NCBI GenBank assembly: GCA_965231095.1
Contig: OZ246416.1
Span: forward strand, 603,549-667,548
Origin: an uncultured Gammaproteobacteria bacterium
GTDB lineage: Bacteria; Patescibacteriota; Patescibacteriia; XYB2-FULL-38-15
Length of the DNA stretch: 64,000 nt
Reading direction: 5' to 3'
A program made the position numbers and the translations under genes. Of this stretch, positions 20,111-29,137 are shown one piece after another. Position 1 is the stretch's first letter. Each line of letters opens with the position of its first letter. The notes under the pieces were generated by a model. The model was given only the letters and a program-made list of their open reading frames with translations. It was not told the origin of the DNA and searched no databases.

Positions 20111-21010
20111 ATGCCTCAAAAATATAAAAATCCATTTAATCATCTTCTCGCTCCGGGACATCGGGGCTGCGCCGGCTGCGGCGAACTTTTGGCCGCGCGG
20201 CACGTGATTAACGCGCTCGGAAAAGATACGGTTGTCGTTTGCGCCACCGGCTGTCTTGAAGTAACAACCACTCCGACGCCAGAATCTTCCTGGATGGTCC
20301 CCTGGATTCATTCTCTTTTTGAAAACGCGCCGTCAGTCGCCTCCGGGGTTTTGGCGGCTCTTCGCGCAAAAGGCGATAACAAAACTACGGTCGCGGTTTT
20401 TGCCGGCGATGGGTCAACTTTTGATATTGGTTTTGGCGGCCTTTCAGGCTTATGGACACGACACGAGAACATAATTTATATATGCTTTGACAACGAAGCC
20501 TACATGAATACCGGCAACCAATATTCCGGGGCAACACCCTTTGGCGCAGCCACGATGACCACTCCGCCCGACACAACTGTTTTTGGTAATGAATTTATTA
20601 AAAAAGATCTTCCCGCGATTGCCGCGGCGCACGGCGTTTCCTATATCGCCACTTCCACTATTGGTTTTCCTGAAGACATCACGGCAAAAATAAAAAAAGC
20701 TCTAACTTTTTCCGGCCCGAAATATATCCAAATTTTAGTCGGCTGCGTGCCGGGCTGGGGATATGAATCGGAACTCACCGTTTCCCTTTGCCGGCTGGCA
20801 GCGCAGTCCGGCCATTATCCAATTTTTGAAATGGAAAACGGAAAAATAACCAAAGCAATGAAAGCACCAACAACGCCTCCCCGAGTTGAGGAGTATCTGC
20901 GACCGCAAAAAAGATTTGCCCATCTTTTTAAAAACGATGAAGGTAAAAAACGGATTGCCGCGCTGCAGAGAATGGCAGAAGAAAATATTAAAAAATACAA
21001 TCTTCAATAA
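20111..21010 (+). CDS. porB: Pyruvate:ferredoxin oxidoreductase beta subunit (TPP-binding).
   Basis: 299 aa. GCAGCG...TGC... and a TPP-binding-like fold (GDG...N). It starts 3 nt after the preceding stop. Confidence 0.85.
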   Translation: MPQKYKNPFNHLLAPGHRGCAGCGELLAARHVINALGKDTVVVCATGCLEVTTTPTPESSWMVPWIHSLFENAPSVASGVLAALRAKGDNKTTVAVFAGDGSTFDIGFGGLSGLWTRHENIIYICFDNEAYMNTGNQYSGATPFGAATMTTPPDTTVFGNEFIKKDLPAIAAAHGVSYIATSTIGFPEDITAKIKKALTFSGPKYIQILVGCVPGWGYESELTVSLCRLAAQSGHYPIFEMENGKITKAMKAPTTPPRVEEYLRPQKRFAHLFKNDEGKKRIAALQRMAEENIKKYNLQ

Positions 21011-21035
21011 TTTTAATTACCAGTTACTAATTACC

Positions 21036-21058
21036 GACGGGCTCTGCCCGTCTTTTTT
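21036..21058 (+). terminator. Rho-independent terminator after porB.
   Basis: GACGGGC-tct-GCCCGTC followed by TTTTTT. Confidence 0.6.
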
Positions 21059-21076
21059 ATCCCCAATCGCGGGCAC

Positions 21077-21105
21077 TTGACCGCTTTTCTGATTTGATGT
21101 ATACT
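21077..21105 (+). promoter_or_regulatory. Sigma70-like promoter upstream of uvrA.
   Basis: TTGACC (21077-21082), a 17-nt spacer, then TATACT (21100-21105). It lies 55 nt upstream of the uvrA ATG. Confidence 0.45.
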
Positions 21106-21158
21106 GACTTTTAATGATTTAATAAATCCCAACTTCCAACTTTCTATTTTTAAAAACT

Positions 21159-23936
21159 ATGCCAAACAAAATTGTAATAACCGGCGCGCGGGTCCACAAT
21201 TTAAAAAATGTTAGTGTGGAAATTCCCAAAAATAAATTTGTCGTTATCACCGGCCTCTCCGGCTCGGGAAAATCTTCTCTGGCTTTTGATACAATCTACG
21301 CCGAAGGCCAACGCCGTTACGCGGAAAGCCTTTCTTCTTACGCCCGGCAATTTTTAGGCGTGATGGACAAACCCGCGGTGGATGAAATCACCGGGCTTTC
21401 TCCAACAATCGCCATTGATCAGCGCACCGTTTCCCACAATCCCCGCTCCACGGTCGGCACCATCACGGAAATTTATGATTATCTCCGGCTTCTCTATTCC
21501 ACCGCCGGCATTCCGCACTGCCCAAAATGCGGCGTGCCCTTGGTTAAACAAACTTCCAAACAAATTTCCGAAAAAATTATAAAACTTTTCCCGGGAAAAG
21601 AAATTATTATCATCGCCCCGCTAAAAGACAGCCAAAATAATTTAGGGCGCGCTCTGGAAAAAATAGAAAGGGCGGGATATTCCCGCGTTAGAATCGATGG
21701 AGCCATTTATGATCTTGCCGCGGTTAAACATCAAAATTTTGGAGATAAAAAAATAAATTTGGAAGTGGTAATTGATAGAATTGTTGTTGACTCCAACCAA
21801 AAACAACTGACCAATATGGTTCTTACCGCCCTCGAACTCGGGGATGGCGTTGTCACTATTTTTGAACCATCTGCGGAGCGCGATTTAGTTTTCAGCCAAA
21901 TTTTTGTTTGTCCGAAATGCGGCTATGAACTTAAAGAACTGGAACTCCGAAGTTTTTCTTTTAACAGTCCTTACGGCGCCTGCCCAACTTGCTCTGGTTT
22001 GGGCACAACTTCAAAAATTGACCCGACGCTTGTTATCCCAAACCCTCGACTGACCCTGGCCGAAGGAGCTGTGAAACCCTGGGTTAAAATTTCCGGCGGG
22101 GCTTCAGGACAATTAAAATCTCTTGGCCTCTTGGCTCCAAAATACGGATTTTCTCTTGACACGCCCGTTAAAGATTTTAAAAAAGAACAACTAAACTACG
22201 TTCTCTATGGCATCCCAGAAACAGACTACGAGGGCGTTATTCCAAATCTTGAAAAAAAATATAAAGAAACAGATTCTGATTACGTCAGAAAAGAAATTGA
22301 AAATTACATGCGAACGGAAGTCTGCCCGAGCTGCCGCGGGGCGAGATTAAAACCGGAAGTGCTGGCTGTAACTTTTAATGGAAAATCCATTGCGGAACTT
22401 GCAGCAATGTCGGTCGGACAAATTGAAGAATTTTTGGGAAGCCTTGGCAGCAGGAAATCACCGCTTTCGGCCCGTGATCTTAAAATTTCTTCTTCAATCA
22501 CAAAAGAAATTTTAAACCGCATAAAAAATATTAATAATGTCGGCTTGGGGTATTTAACTTTGGACCGAGCCGTCGCGACACTTTCTGGCGGCGAGGCGCA
22601 ACGGCTGCGCTTGGCGAGCCAAATCGGTTCGTCGCTTTCCGGAATTATTTATGTTTTAGACGAACCGTCAATCGGCCTGCACTCACGCGATAACACAAAA
22701 CTTATTGAAACATTACAAAAATTAAAATCTCTTGATAACACCATTATTGTTGTTGAGCATGACGAGGCGACAATTCTCGCGGCTGATTATGTTTTGGATA
22801 TCGGGCCCGGCGCCGGAGAGTACGGCGGCGAAGTTGTAGGCCGCGGCACTCCGGCGGAAATTAAAAAAAATAAAAAATCTTTGACCGGACTTTATCTTTC
22901 CGGAAAACAAAAAATTGATGTTCCCAAAAATTATCGCAAAGGAAACGGAAAATTTTTAACCATCACGGGCGCCGCGGAACACAATTTGAAAAATATTGAT
23001 GTTAAAATTCCTCTGGGCAAATTTGTCTGCGTCACGGGCGTCTCCGGTTCGGGAAAATCAACTTTGATAACCGATATTTTGGGAAAATCTCTGACTCGCG
23101 CTTTTTATCACACAAAGGACTTACCCGGAAAACACAAAGAAATCAGGGGTATAAATTTATTGGACAAGGTGATTACGATTGACCAATCACCCATCGGCCG
23201 CACCCCGCGTTCAAACCCGGCAACCTATACCGGCGTTTTCACCTACATTCGCGATCTCTTCACGGAAAACCAGGAAGCAAAAATGAAAGGCTATGACGCG
23301 GGAAAATTCAGTTTTAATGTTAAGGGCGGCGGGCGGTGCGAAACCTGCGGCGGCGAAGGAGCGGTAAAAATTGAAATGCAATTTCTGCCCGATGTTTATG
23401 TTGAATGCGAAGAATGCCACGGCGCGCGCTATAATGCCGAGGCCCTAGAAATTCATTATAAAGGGAAAAACATCGCTGACATTTTAAACATGACCGTGCT
23501 TGAAGCAAGACAGTTTTTTAAAGACGTCCCGGCGGTTTATGAAAAGCTTCAAATTCTGGCAAATGTCGGGTTGGGTTATATGCGCCTCGGCCAGGCGGCG
23601 ACAACTCTCTCCGGCGGTGAAGCGCAAAGAATTAAACTGGCAACGGAACTCTCACGCCGCGCGACCGGAAAAACCCTTTATATTTTAGACGAACCTACGA
23701 CCGGCCTGCACTTTGATGATATCAAAAAACTCCTGGCGGTCTTAAATCAACTGGTTGACAAGGGAAATAGCGTTTTGATTATTGAACATAATCTTGATGT
23801 TATAAAATGCGCCGACTGGGTTTTGGATCTGGGGCCCGAAGGCGGAGAAGGCGGCGGATATCTTGTAGCAGAAGGCACGCCAAAAGATATCGCTAAATCC
23901 AAAAAATCTTACACCGGACAATATCTGAAAAAATGA
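21159..23936 (+). CDS. uvrA: Excinuclease ABC subunit A.
   Basis: 925 aa. Two ABC ATPase modules ([23 protein letters not shown]; [10 protein letters not shown]), ABC signature LSGGEAQR twice, and zinc-finger Cys clusters. Confidence 0.95.
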   Translation: MPNKIVITGARVHNLKNVSVEIPKNKFVVITGLSGSGKSSLAFDTIYAEGQRRYAESLSSYARQFLGVMDKPAVDEITGLSPTIAIDQRTVSHNPRSTVGTITEIYDYLRLLYSTAGIPHCPKCGVPLVKQTSKQISEKIIKLFPGKEIIIIAPLKDSQNNLGRALEKIERAGYSRVRIDGAIYDLAAVKHQNFGDKKINLEVVIDRIVVDSNQKQLTNMVLTALELGDGVVTIFEPSAERDLVFSQIFVCPKCGYELKELELRSFSFNSPYGACPTCSGLGTTSKIDPTLVIPNPRLTLAEGAVKPWVKISGGASGQLKSLGLLAPKYGFSLDTPVKDFKKEQLNYVLYGIPETDYEGVIPNLEKKYKETDSDYVRKEIENYMRTEVCPSCRGARLKPEVLAVTFNGKSIAELAAMSVGQIEEFLGSLGSRKSPLSARDLKISSSITKEILNRIKNINNVGLGYLTLDRAVATLSGGEAQRLRLASQIGSSLSGIIYVLDEPSIGLHSRDNTKLIETLQKLKSLDNTIIVVEHDEATILAADYVLDIGPGAGEYGGEVVGRGTPAEIKKNKKSLTGLYLSGKQKIDVPKNYRKGNGKFLTITGAAEHNLKNIDVKIPLGKFVCVTGVSGSGKSTLITDILGKSLTRAFYHTKDLPGKHKEIRGINLLDKVITIDQSPIGRTPRSNPATYTGVFTYIRDLFTENQEAKMKGYDAGKFSFNVKGGGRCETCGGEGAVKIEMQFLPDVYVECEECHGARYNAEALEIHYKGKNIADILNMTVLEARQFFKDVPAVYEKLQILANVGLGYMRLGQAATTLSGGEAQRIKLATELSRRATGKTLYILDEPTTGLHFDDIKKLLAVLNQLVDKGNSVLIIEHNLDVIKCADWVLDLGPEGGEGGGYLVAEGTPKDIAKSKKSYTGQYLKK

Positions 23937-24003
23937 AAATTTAAATTTGCAAAAACAAAAAGACACCGAATTACTCGGTGTCTTTTAAATTTTTCTAAAT
24001 CAC

Positions 24004-24393
24004 TTACGCCGCAACTTCTTTTAACCGCTTATTATACCCGCGGAGAAAATAAAGTTTAGCTCTCTTAACTTTGGCTTTTTTTACCACCTCAATTTTAACA
24101 ATCGTCGGCAAATTCACTGGAAATATTTTTTCTACGCCGACACCATTGGAAATTTTTCGCACGGTAATTGTAGCCCCCGCTCCCTTGCTCCCCTTGGCGA
24201 TAATAATTCCCTCAAAAATCTGGACTCTTTTCCTTTCCTTGGTTTTTGATTTTCCTTTTTCCTCGGTCATTTCAAGTTCCTTAATTTGCTGATGGACACG
24301 GATAGTCTGGCCCGGCTTTAATTCGGGCAATTCAACTTTTTTTAACTCTTCTTTCGGCGCTTCTTGCGCTCCGTCTTTTTTTTGTTCTTCCAT
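24004..24393 (-). CDS. rplS: 50S ribosomal protein L19 (bL19) with an N-terminal Lys/Glu-rich extension.
   Basis: ...GQTIRVHQQIKE...RVQIFEGIIIAKGSKGAGATITVRKISNGVGVEKIFPVNLPTIVKIEVV...RAKLYFLR, the conserved bL19 core. Confidence 0.88.
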   Translation of the reverse strand: MEEQKKDGAQEAPKEELKKVELPELKPGQTIRVHQQIKELEMTEEKGKSKTKERKRVQIFEGIIIAKGSKGAGATITVRKISNGVGVEKIFPVNLPTIVKIEVVKKAKVKRAKLYFLRGYNKRLKEVAA

Positions 24394-24923
24394 ATTTTTA
24401 GTTCAGTGATGATTTTTGATACCACCTGCCTGATTGTTAGATTAGTTGTATTAATGACCAAATCATAGCATTCCTCGCAAAAACAGTCAACCCCATAATA
24501 CTTTTTATACCTTTTTTGGCTTTCCGCCATTCTCTTTTGAACCATAGACAAAACGCCCCCGACGGTCTTTTTAACCTCTTCATCCGGCCTTTGGTTTTTG
24601 AAAATCCTTCTTGCCGCGGCCTCTGGACCAACATCCAAAAAGATTTTAAAAGAATGGGGAATGAAATGAAAAGAAAGCCACCCCTCTATAATAAAATTAT
24701 TTTCCTTTTTTCCCAACTTTTTTTGAAACTCATCGACCTCTTTGTCCGTCCAACTTTCTTTTTTCCCTATTTCATTAAGCTCATCAATTGTCATCCCGCG
24801 CTCCATCGCCATTTTCCCGCGCAAATCCCCCATTGAGTAAAATTTATACCCCAATCTCCTGGCCAGAGCGCGAGCAGTTGAAGTTTTTCCGGCTCCGGAG
24901 CGGCCGCCGATCGTAATAATCAT
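24342..24923 (-). CDS. cmk: Cytidylate kinase-like (CMP/dCMP kinase, archaeal/short type).
   Basis: MIITIGGRSGAGKTSTARALARRLGYKFYSMGD... (P-loop plus NMP-kinase fold), about 190 aa. The Lys-rich C-terminal tail overlaps the rplS start by about 50 nt. Confidence 0.65.
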   Translation of the reverse strand: MIITIGGRSGAGKTSTARALARRLGYKFYSMGDLRGKMAMERGMTIDELNEIGKKESWTDKEVDEFQKKLGKKENNFIIEGWLSFHFIPHSFKIFLDVGPEAAARRIFKNQRPDEEVKKTVGGVLSMVQKRMAESQKRYKKYYGVDCFCEECYDLVINTTNLTIRQVVSKIITELKIWKNKKKTERKKRRKKS

Positions 24924-25615
24924 AAACTCTCTAAAAAAATTTTTAATTCTTCCGGCAAATCACTTTTAAATTCTTTTGGCTGCCCATCCAAATCAATAAA
25001 AGAAATTTTTGAAGCATGCAAAAATAATCTCGGCATTATCGGCTCCTTTGTTTTTTTTGACCGATAAAGTTTATCGCCGACCACGGGATATCCGAGCGCG
25101 AAAAGATGCACTCTGATTTGATGCGTTCGCCCGGTTTTAATTTTTACTTTCAGCAAAGTAAATTTTTTAAATCTCTCAGCGACTTCGTACTCTGTAATTG
25201 CCATCCGCCCAGCCTCTGACCCAAGCGGCAGGGCGGCAAACCGTCCGGAATTGGCGCGAGCGATGGGAAATTCTATCGTTCCCTCTTCTTGCGTCAAATT
25301 TCCTTCCACTAAAACCGTGTATTCTTTTTTTATTGTCCTTTCTTTAAATTGTTTGGTGAGTAATTCAAACGCCGCTTCGGTTTTCGCCACGACTAAAAGT
25401 CCCGAAGCGTTTTTATCCAAACGATGAACAATTCCGGGCCGCGCCGGATCCGGGCCGACTTTTGCCACAGCCGGATATTTTTTTATCAGCCAATCCACGA
25501 GCGTCAGTTCTTCTTTTTCTTTCTCTCTTTCTTTGGCAACCTCAAGACCAGCGGGTTTATCAACCACCAAAACATCTTCGTCTTCGTAAATTATTTTTGG
25601 TTCTTGCTCTAACAT
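24920..25615 (-). CDS. RluA-family pseudouridine synthase.
   Basis: 231 aa. Catalytic HRLDKNASGLLVVAKT motif, VDKPAGL..., and conserved family spacing. Confidence 0.85.
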   Translation of the reverse strand: MLEQEPKIIYEDEDVLVVDKPAGLEVAKEREKEKEELTLVDWLIKKYPAVAKVGPDPARPGIVHRLDKNASGLLVVAKTEAAFELLTKQFKERTIKKEYTVLVEGNLTQEEGTIEFPIARANSGRFAALPLGSEAGRMAITEYEVAERFKKFTLLKVKIKTGRTHQIRVHLFALGYPVVGDKLYRSKKTKEPIMPRLFLHASKISFIDLDGQPKEFKSDLPEELKIFLESL

Positions 25616-25622
25616 TAATTAT

Positions 25623-27212
25623 TTATTTTCTTCTAAATATTTTTTTTAAAACCTCAAATCCTCTTTTTTTTCTCTCCTCAAGGGGCTCTTCTTCCGTGCC
25701 GACCTCGCCTGAAAGTTGGGCCTCGCGCAAAACCGTGATTAACTCTCCAACTTTTTTTCCCGGCTTGATTTTAAATCTTTTCATTATTTCATCTCCATTC
25801 AAAATCGGCTTGGGCAACCTGTCTCTTTCTTTTACCAAAGATCTCAATTCTTCAATTCTTTTTTTCATCGCATAAAAATTTTCCAAATCCGGTTCGCCAT
25901 CTTTAGGAATTGTTGCCAGGGCATCGGCAAAAGTTAACTGCAACAAACTATCCCCGGGAAAATTGGGATTAAAAAAATATTTTTCAATTGTACTTGGCTT
26001 CATCTCTTCAATCTTCCCTTGCAAGAGCAACATATGCTTACTAATCATCTGCCCGACTTTTTTTGGTTCAACTCTAAGCGCCGAGTCTTCTGGCAAACTG
26101 TCCAATTTCATCCGCCGACAAATTTCTTCCGCCGCTTCCGCTCCGGCAACATCATGCCCGTCAAAACGAATGCGGTCCGTGCCATCTCGCTCCGGCGTCT
26201 TTTTGGTCAAAGGCTTGCCCAAATCATGAAATAAAACCGCCATGACCACCTCCGCGCTCGGCCGCTCTTCGCCAAATTCTTTTTTAAATTTTTCCAAGTA
26301 GAGATTTGCCAGAGCCATTCTCGTGTGCGTCCAAACATCTCCCTCTGAATGAAAATCCGGGGGCTGCTCGCAACCGCGCATAGAAAATAATTCCGGCATA
26401 AGTTCGTAAAGCGCGCCGCTTCGTTCATATAAATCCAACGCCCGAACCGGGTCGCGCCAAAACGCTTTCAATAATTCCTTCGCCATGGTTTCATGCGGGA
26501 CAACCCTTTCCTTTTTCCCGGCACGTACTCGTTCATCATTAATATGTTTCATCATATCCTGAATCGCCAAAAAAGTTTTTCCTTCAATTTCAAAACCAAA
26601 CTGCGAGGCAAAACGCAGTGCCCGAAGCATTCTGGAATAATCTTCCTTAAATCTCGCTTCCGGTTCGCCCACGGCTCGCAACACTTTTGCTTCCAAATCC
26701 TCCAATCCGCCAAAGGGATCAACTATTTTTCCGTTTTTCAAATCCAAGGCCATGGCATTGATTGTGAAATCACGCCGCGCCAAATCTTTTTGAACATCCA
26801 TCGCCGGATCAGATTGAACTTTGAAATCACGATAGCCGCCGCCGGCGCCGAGCGAATGTTCTGTTCGTGGAAGAGCAACATCAACCGCTTCCTCAAGTTT
26901 CACGCCAGCCGGCATAAATTTATAAACTCCAAAATTTCTCCCAACTAAAACCACTTCCCCGCGCTCCGATAAAAATTTTTCCAATTCTTCTGCCGGGACA
27001 TTTCGCACGACAAAATCAAAATCTTTTTGTTTGCCCGCGCCAGAGGCCGCGTCGCGCACCGCTCCGCCCACAAGATATATTTCACTTTTAGGAAAAGCTG
27101 CTAGCAATTCTTTGGCAAAACCAAGACCGGGCTCCTGTTCCAATTTAGCGCGGAACTCCGCGAGCCTTGTTTCATAAATTGCTGTTCTATTTTTTTCCAT
27201 ATTTTCTAACAT
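25623..27212 (-). CDS. cca: CCA-adding tRNA nucleotidyltransferase / poly(A) polymerase family with an HD domain.
   Basis: 529 aa. YLVGGAVRDAASGAGKQKDFDFVV (PolB-type nucleotidyltransferase head) and HDLGKP (HD motif). Confidence 0.8.
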   Translation of the reverse strand: MLENMEKNRTAIYETRLAEFRAKLEQEPGLGFAKELLAAFPKSEIYLVGGAVRDAASGAGKQKDFDFVVRNVPAEELEKFLSERGEVVLVGRNFGVYKFMPAGVKLEEAVDVALPRTEHSLGAGGGYRDFKVQSDPAMDVQKDLARRDFTINAMALDLKNGKIVDPFGGLEDLEAKVLRAVGEPEARFKEDYSRMLRALRFASQFGFEIEGKTFLAIQDMMKHINDERVRAGKKERVVPHETMAKELLKAFWRDPVRALDLYERSGALYELMPELFSMRGCEQPPDFHSEGDVWTHTRMALANLYLEKFKKEFGEERPSAEVVMAVLFHDLGKPLTKKTPERDGTDRIRFDGHDVAGAEAAEEICRRMKLDSLPEDSALRVEPKKVGQMISKHMLLLQGKIEEMKPSTIEKYFFNPNFPGDSLLQLTFADALATIPKDGEPDLENFYAMKKRIEELRSLVKERDRLPKPILNGDEIMKRFKIKPGKKVGELITVLREAQLSGEVGTEEEPLEERKKRGFEVLKKIFRRK

Positions 27213-27242
27213 AGTTTTCGTTATAGAATACTATCCCTCGTA

Positions 27243-27282
27243 TGGGCGTGGATGGACTCGAACCATCGACCCCGGCTTTATA
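27243..27282 (-). repeat. Exact 40-nt duplicate of the 3' half of tRNA-Ile(UAU), from the anticodon loop to the 3' end.
   Basis: 27243-27282 is identical to 27359-27398, the intact tRNA 115 bp away. It diverges exactly at the anticodon loop. Confidence 0.6.
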
Positions 27283-27358
27283 GCGGCAACCTTCATCTTA
27301 AAAAAATTTAGGTAGTTGCCGATATATCAATGACTACATTATAATCTTATTCCTCGGG

Positions 27359-27432
27359 TGGGCGTGGATGGACTCGAACCATCGACCCCGGCTTTATAAG
27401 AGCCGTGCTCTAACCGGCTGAGCTACACGCCC
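27359..27432 (-). tRNA. tRNA-Ile (anticodon UAU).
   Basis: Minus strand: GGGCGTG-TA-GCTC-AGCCGGTTA-GAGC-A-CGGCT-CTTATAA-AGCCG-GGGTC-GATGG-TTCGAGT-CCATC-CACGCCC-A. The anticodon loop reads cuUAUaa. Confidence 0.8.
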
Positions 27433-27465
27433 CCCCGAGAAATATATTCATTTTTGAAAAGTCAT

Positions 27466-27548
27466 CGCTATAAGAACCGTGCTCTAACCCGCCTCGATGA
27501 GCCGAAGCCCATCTTCGGCGAGGCGGGCCGACTCTAAGCTAGCCACCC
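27466..27548 (-). repeat. tRNA-derived 5' fragment or pseudo-tRNA. Acceptor and D-arm-like sequence interrupted by a 40-nt hairpin, ending at a cuUAUa anticodon-like loop.
   Basis: Minus strand: GGGTGGCTAGCTTAGAGTCGG-[CCCGCCTCGCCGAAGATGGGCTTCGGCTCATCGAGGCGG]-GTTAGAGCACGGTTCTTATAGCG. It is similar to the 5' half of tRNA-Ile, but no matching 3' half is present. Confidence 0.4.
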
Positions 27549-27751
27549 ACAATTTATTTAAATCATAGCGGAAAAGGGATATTTTTTCAAGCCTAAAATC
27601 CCAGGCCGACTCGGCGAGTTTTTTATTTTCAAATTACCAATTACCCTTTACCATTTACCAATTACCAATTTTTTGTAATTGACTTTTTTATCTTTTTAAA
27701 ATAAACTCATACGAGGGCTATATTCCCGAAATCATGGAAGGAGGAAGAGGG

Positions 27752-28222
27752 ATGGAAGAGGGAAAACCAAAAAAAACGTGCAGCGATGCTCCGGTTTGGT
27801 GGCACCCGAACGGAATGATGATGCGACCGATGTCGGGATACCAAGAGCACAAGCTCCAAATCTTTAGCGACAGAGCCGTTCTTACGATCAGCCCCGCCGA
27901 AGATCCCCGCGAACACAACATCTGGCTTCTCGACTGGAAAATCACCCGCATCTCGGCTTTCACTATCAGCGTCAAGCTCAAAATCCCGGAAAAAATTCTC
28001 CGCCATGCCTTCGCTCTTGATGACGGACCATACGAATCCGATGAATGGCTACTCAAACACTACGGCGCCGATGCGGCAGAGCGAGGATATTACGTCCGCG
28101 CCGGAAATTACCTGAATATTCCCGGCCCGGGCACCGGCCACGACGGAGATTCAAATATCTCCATCTTCCTGCGCCCCGATATCAAGGAGGCAGTACGCCA
28201 GCTCCTCGAGCTGCTTCGGTAA
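27752..28222 (+). CDS. Hypothetical protein, encoded in a GC-rich islet.
   Basis: 156-162 aa ORF with locally elevated GC. A strong SD (GGAAGGAGGAAGAGGG) lies 7 nt before the ATG at 27752; the alternative ATG is at 27734. It is followed by a terminator. Confidence 0.5.
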   Translation: MEEGKPKKTCSDAPVWWHPNGMMMRPMSGYQEHKLQIFSDRAVLTISPAEDPREHNIWLLDWKITRISAFTISVKLKIPEKILRHAFALDDGPYESDEWLLKHYGADAAERGYYVRAGNYLNIPGPGTGHDGDSNISIFLRPDIKEAVRQLLELLR

Positions 28223-28261
28223 ACTTTCCCGCCCGGCTGGCTTCGGCCGACTCGGACGGCT

Positions 28262-28296
28262 CCCACACTCTTCACTGAAGTGTGGGATTTTTTTTA
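28262..28296 (+). terminator. Rho-independent terminator.
   Basis: CCCACACTCTTCACTGAAGTGTGGG followed by TTTTTTTT. Confidence 0.6.
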
Positions 28297-28386
28297 ATTA
28301 CCATTTACTGATTACTAGTTACTTAAATATCTTACTCTTGACATAAAAATAAAATTATTGTTTTATTACTTTATAAGGAGGAACAA

Positions 28387-28656
28387 ATGAGCGCTCGCCA
28401 AAAAAAGAAGCAGGCGCTAAAGAGTGCCCGTCCGGAGTGGTGGGAACGTCCCACTTTTTACATTTCCTCCTCCGGCTCCTGGGAAAACGCCACGAAGAAA
28501 TCACGCGTGGAGTTGGTCCTCCCCGATGCCACGAAAGTTGATCTCGGCTATTTCTCTGCGGCGGTAAATTCCGACGAACTCCGTCGCGAGGTGGCGGAAA
28601 AATTCAGAGAAATCTGGGACCCGACAAAACGCTGCCGGCGGACACCGAAACCTTAG
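28387..28656 (+). CDS. Hypothetical 89-aa protein (GC-rich islet).
   Basis: A strong SD (TAAGGAGGAACAA) precedes the ATG. Moderately GC-rich. Followed by a terminator. Confidence 0.5.
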   Translation: MSARQKKKQALKSARPEWWERPTFYISSSGSWENATKKSRVELVLPDATKVDLGYFSAAVNSDELRREVAEKFREIWDPTKRCRRTPKP

Positions 28657-28696
28657 CCCGCGTTTGTTTTTTAAAGAAACAACGCGGGATTTTTTA
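28657..28696 (+). terminator. Rho-independent terminator.
   Basis: CCCGCGTTTGTTT...AAACAACGCGGG hairpin followed by TTTTTT. Confidence 0.55.
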
Positions 28697-29009
28697 TTTA
28701 TTTGTTTAAATTTTCTAGGCTTTTGCCGTTGAAAATTTATCTACAAATAATTAACCCCTTCACTAATTTTATTTTATGTTTTTCCGACAATTAATATTTT
28801 AAAATGAAAAAAATATTTTTTCTATTAACAATATTTTCTAAAATTAGTGAAGGGGTTCTCGATTTTCCAAATTCGCTGCGCTCACGGAAAATCGGAAGTT
28901 ATCCACATCTTTGCCCTTTTTTCCTTGTTGACAACAAAAAAGTGCTGTATAATAAAGTTATATTTAAAAAATTTTCATTTTATCTTTTCCAAGAAGGAGG
29001 TGAACCAAC

Positions 29010-29093
29010 ATGGCAAAAAAGAAAGCAAAAAAGAAAGTCGCGAAAAGAAAACCAGCAAAAAAACGAAAAGCGACTAAGAAAAAACGAAGATAA
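29010..29093 (+). CDS. Candidate 27-aa Lys-rich peptide (MAKKKAKKKVAKRKPAKKRKATKKKRR).
   Basis: A perfect SD (GAAGGAGGTG) lies 8 nt upstream of the ATG at 29010, and a strong terminator follows immediately. The ORF is below the 60-aa track cut-off. Confidence 0.4.
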   Translation: MAKKKAKKKVAKRKPAKKRKATKKKRR

Positions 29094-29104
29094 CGTTTAA
29101 AAAA

Positions 29105-29137
29105 CTTCTCCTGCGTGCGCACGGAGAAGTTTTTTTT
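29105..29137 (+). terminator. Rho-independent terminator.
   Basis: CTTCTCC-tgcgtgcgca-GGAGAAG followed by TTTTTTTT. Confidence 0.6.

Noticed and set aside
24342-24393. The 50-nt overlap between the cmk 3' end and the rplS 5' end, as a possible frameshift or fusion.
   Set aside because: Both ends are low-complexity Lys/Glu-rich tails. The simplest explanation is a slightly later rplS start or a mis-set cmk stop context, not recoding.
27243-27548. Possibility that the tRNA fragments around tRNA-Ile are exons of one split or intron-containing tRNA.
   Set aside because: The central tRNA-Ile is complete by itself. The upstream 5'-like fragment's acceptor (GGGTGGC) cannot pair with the downstream fragment's 3' end (CACGCCC).
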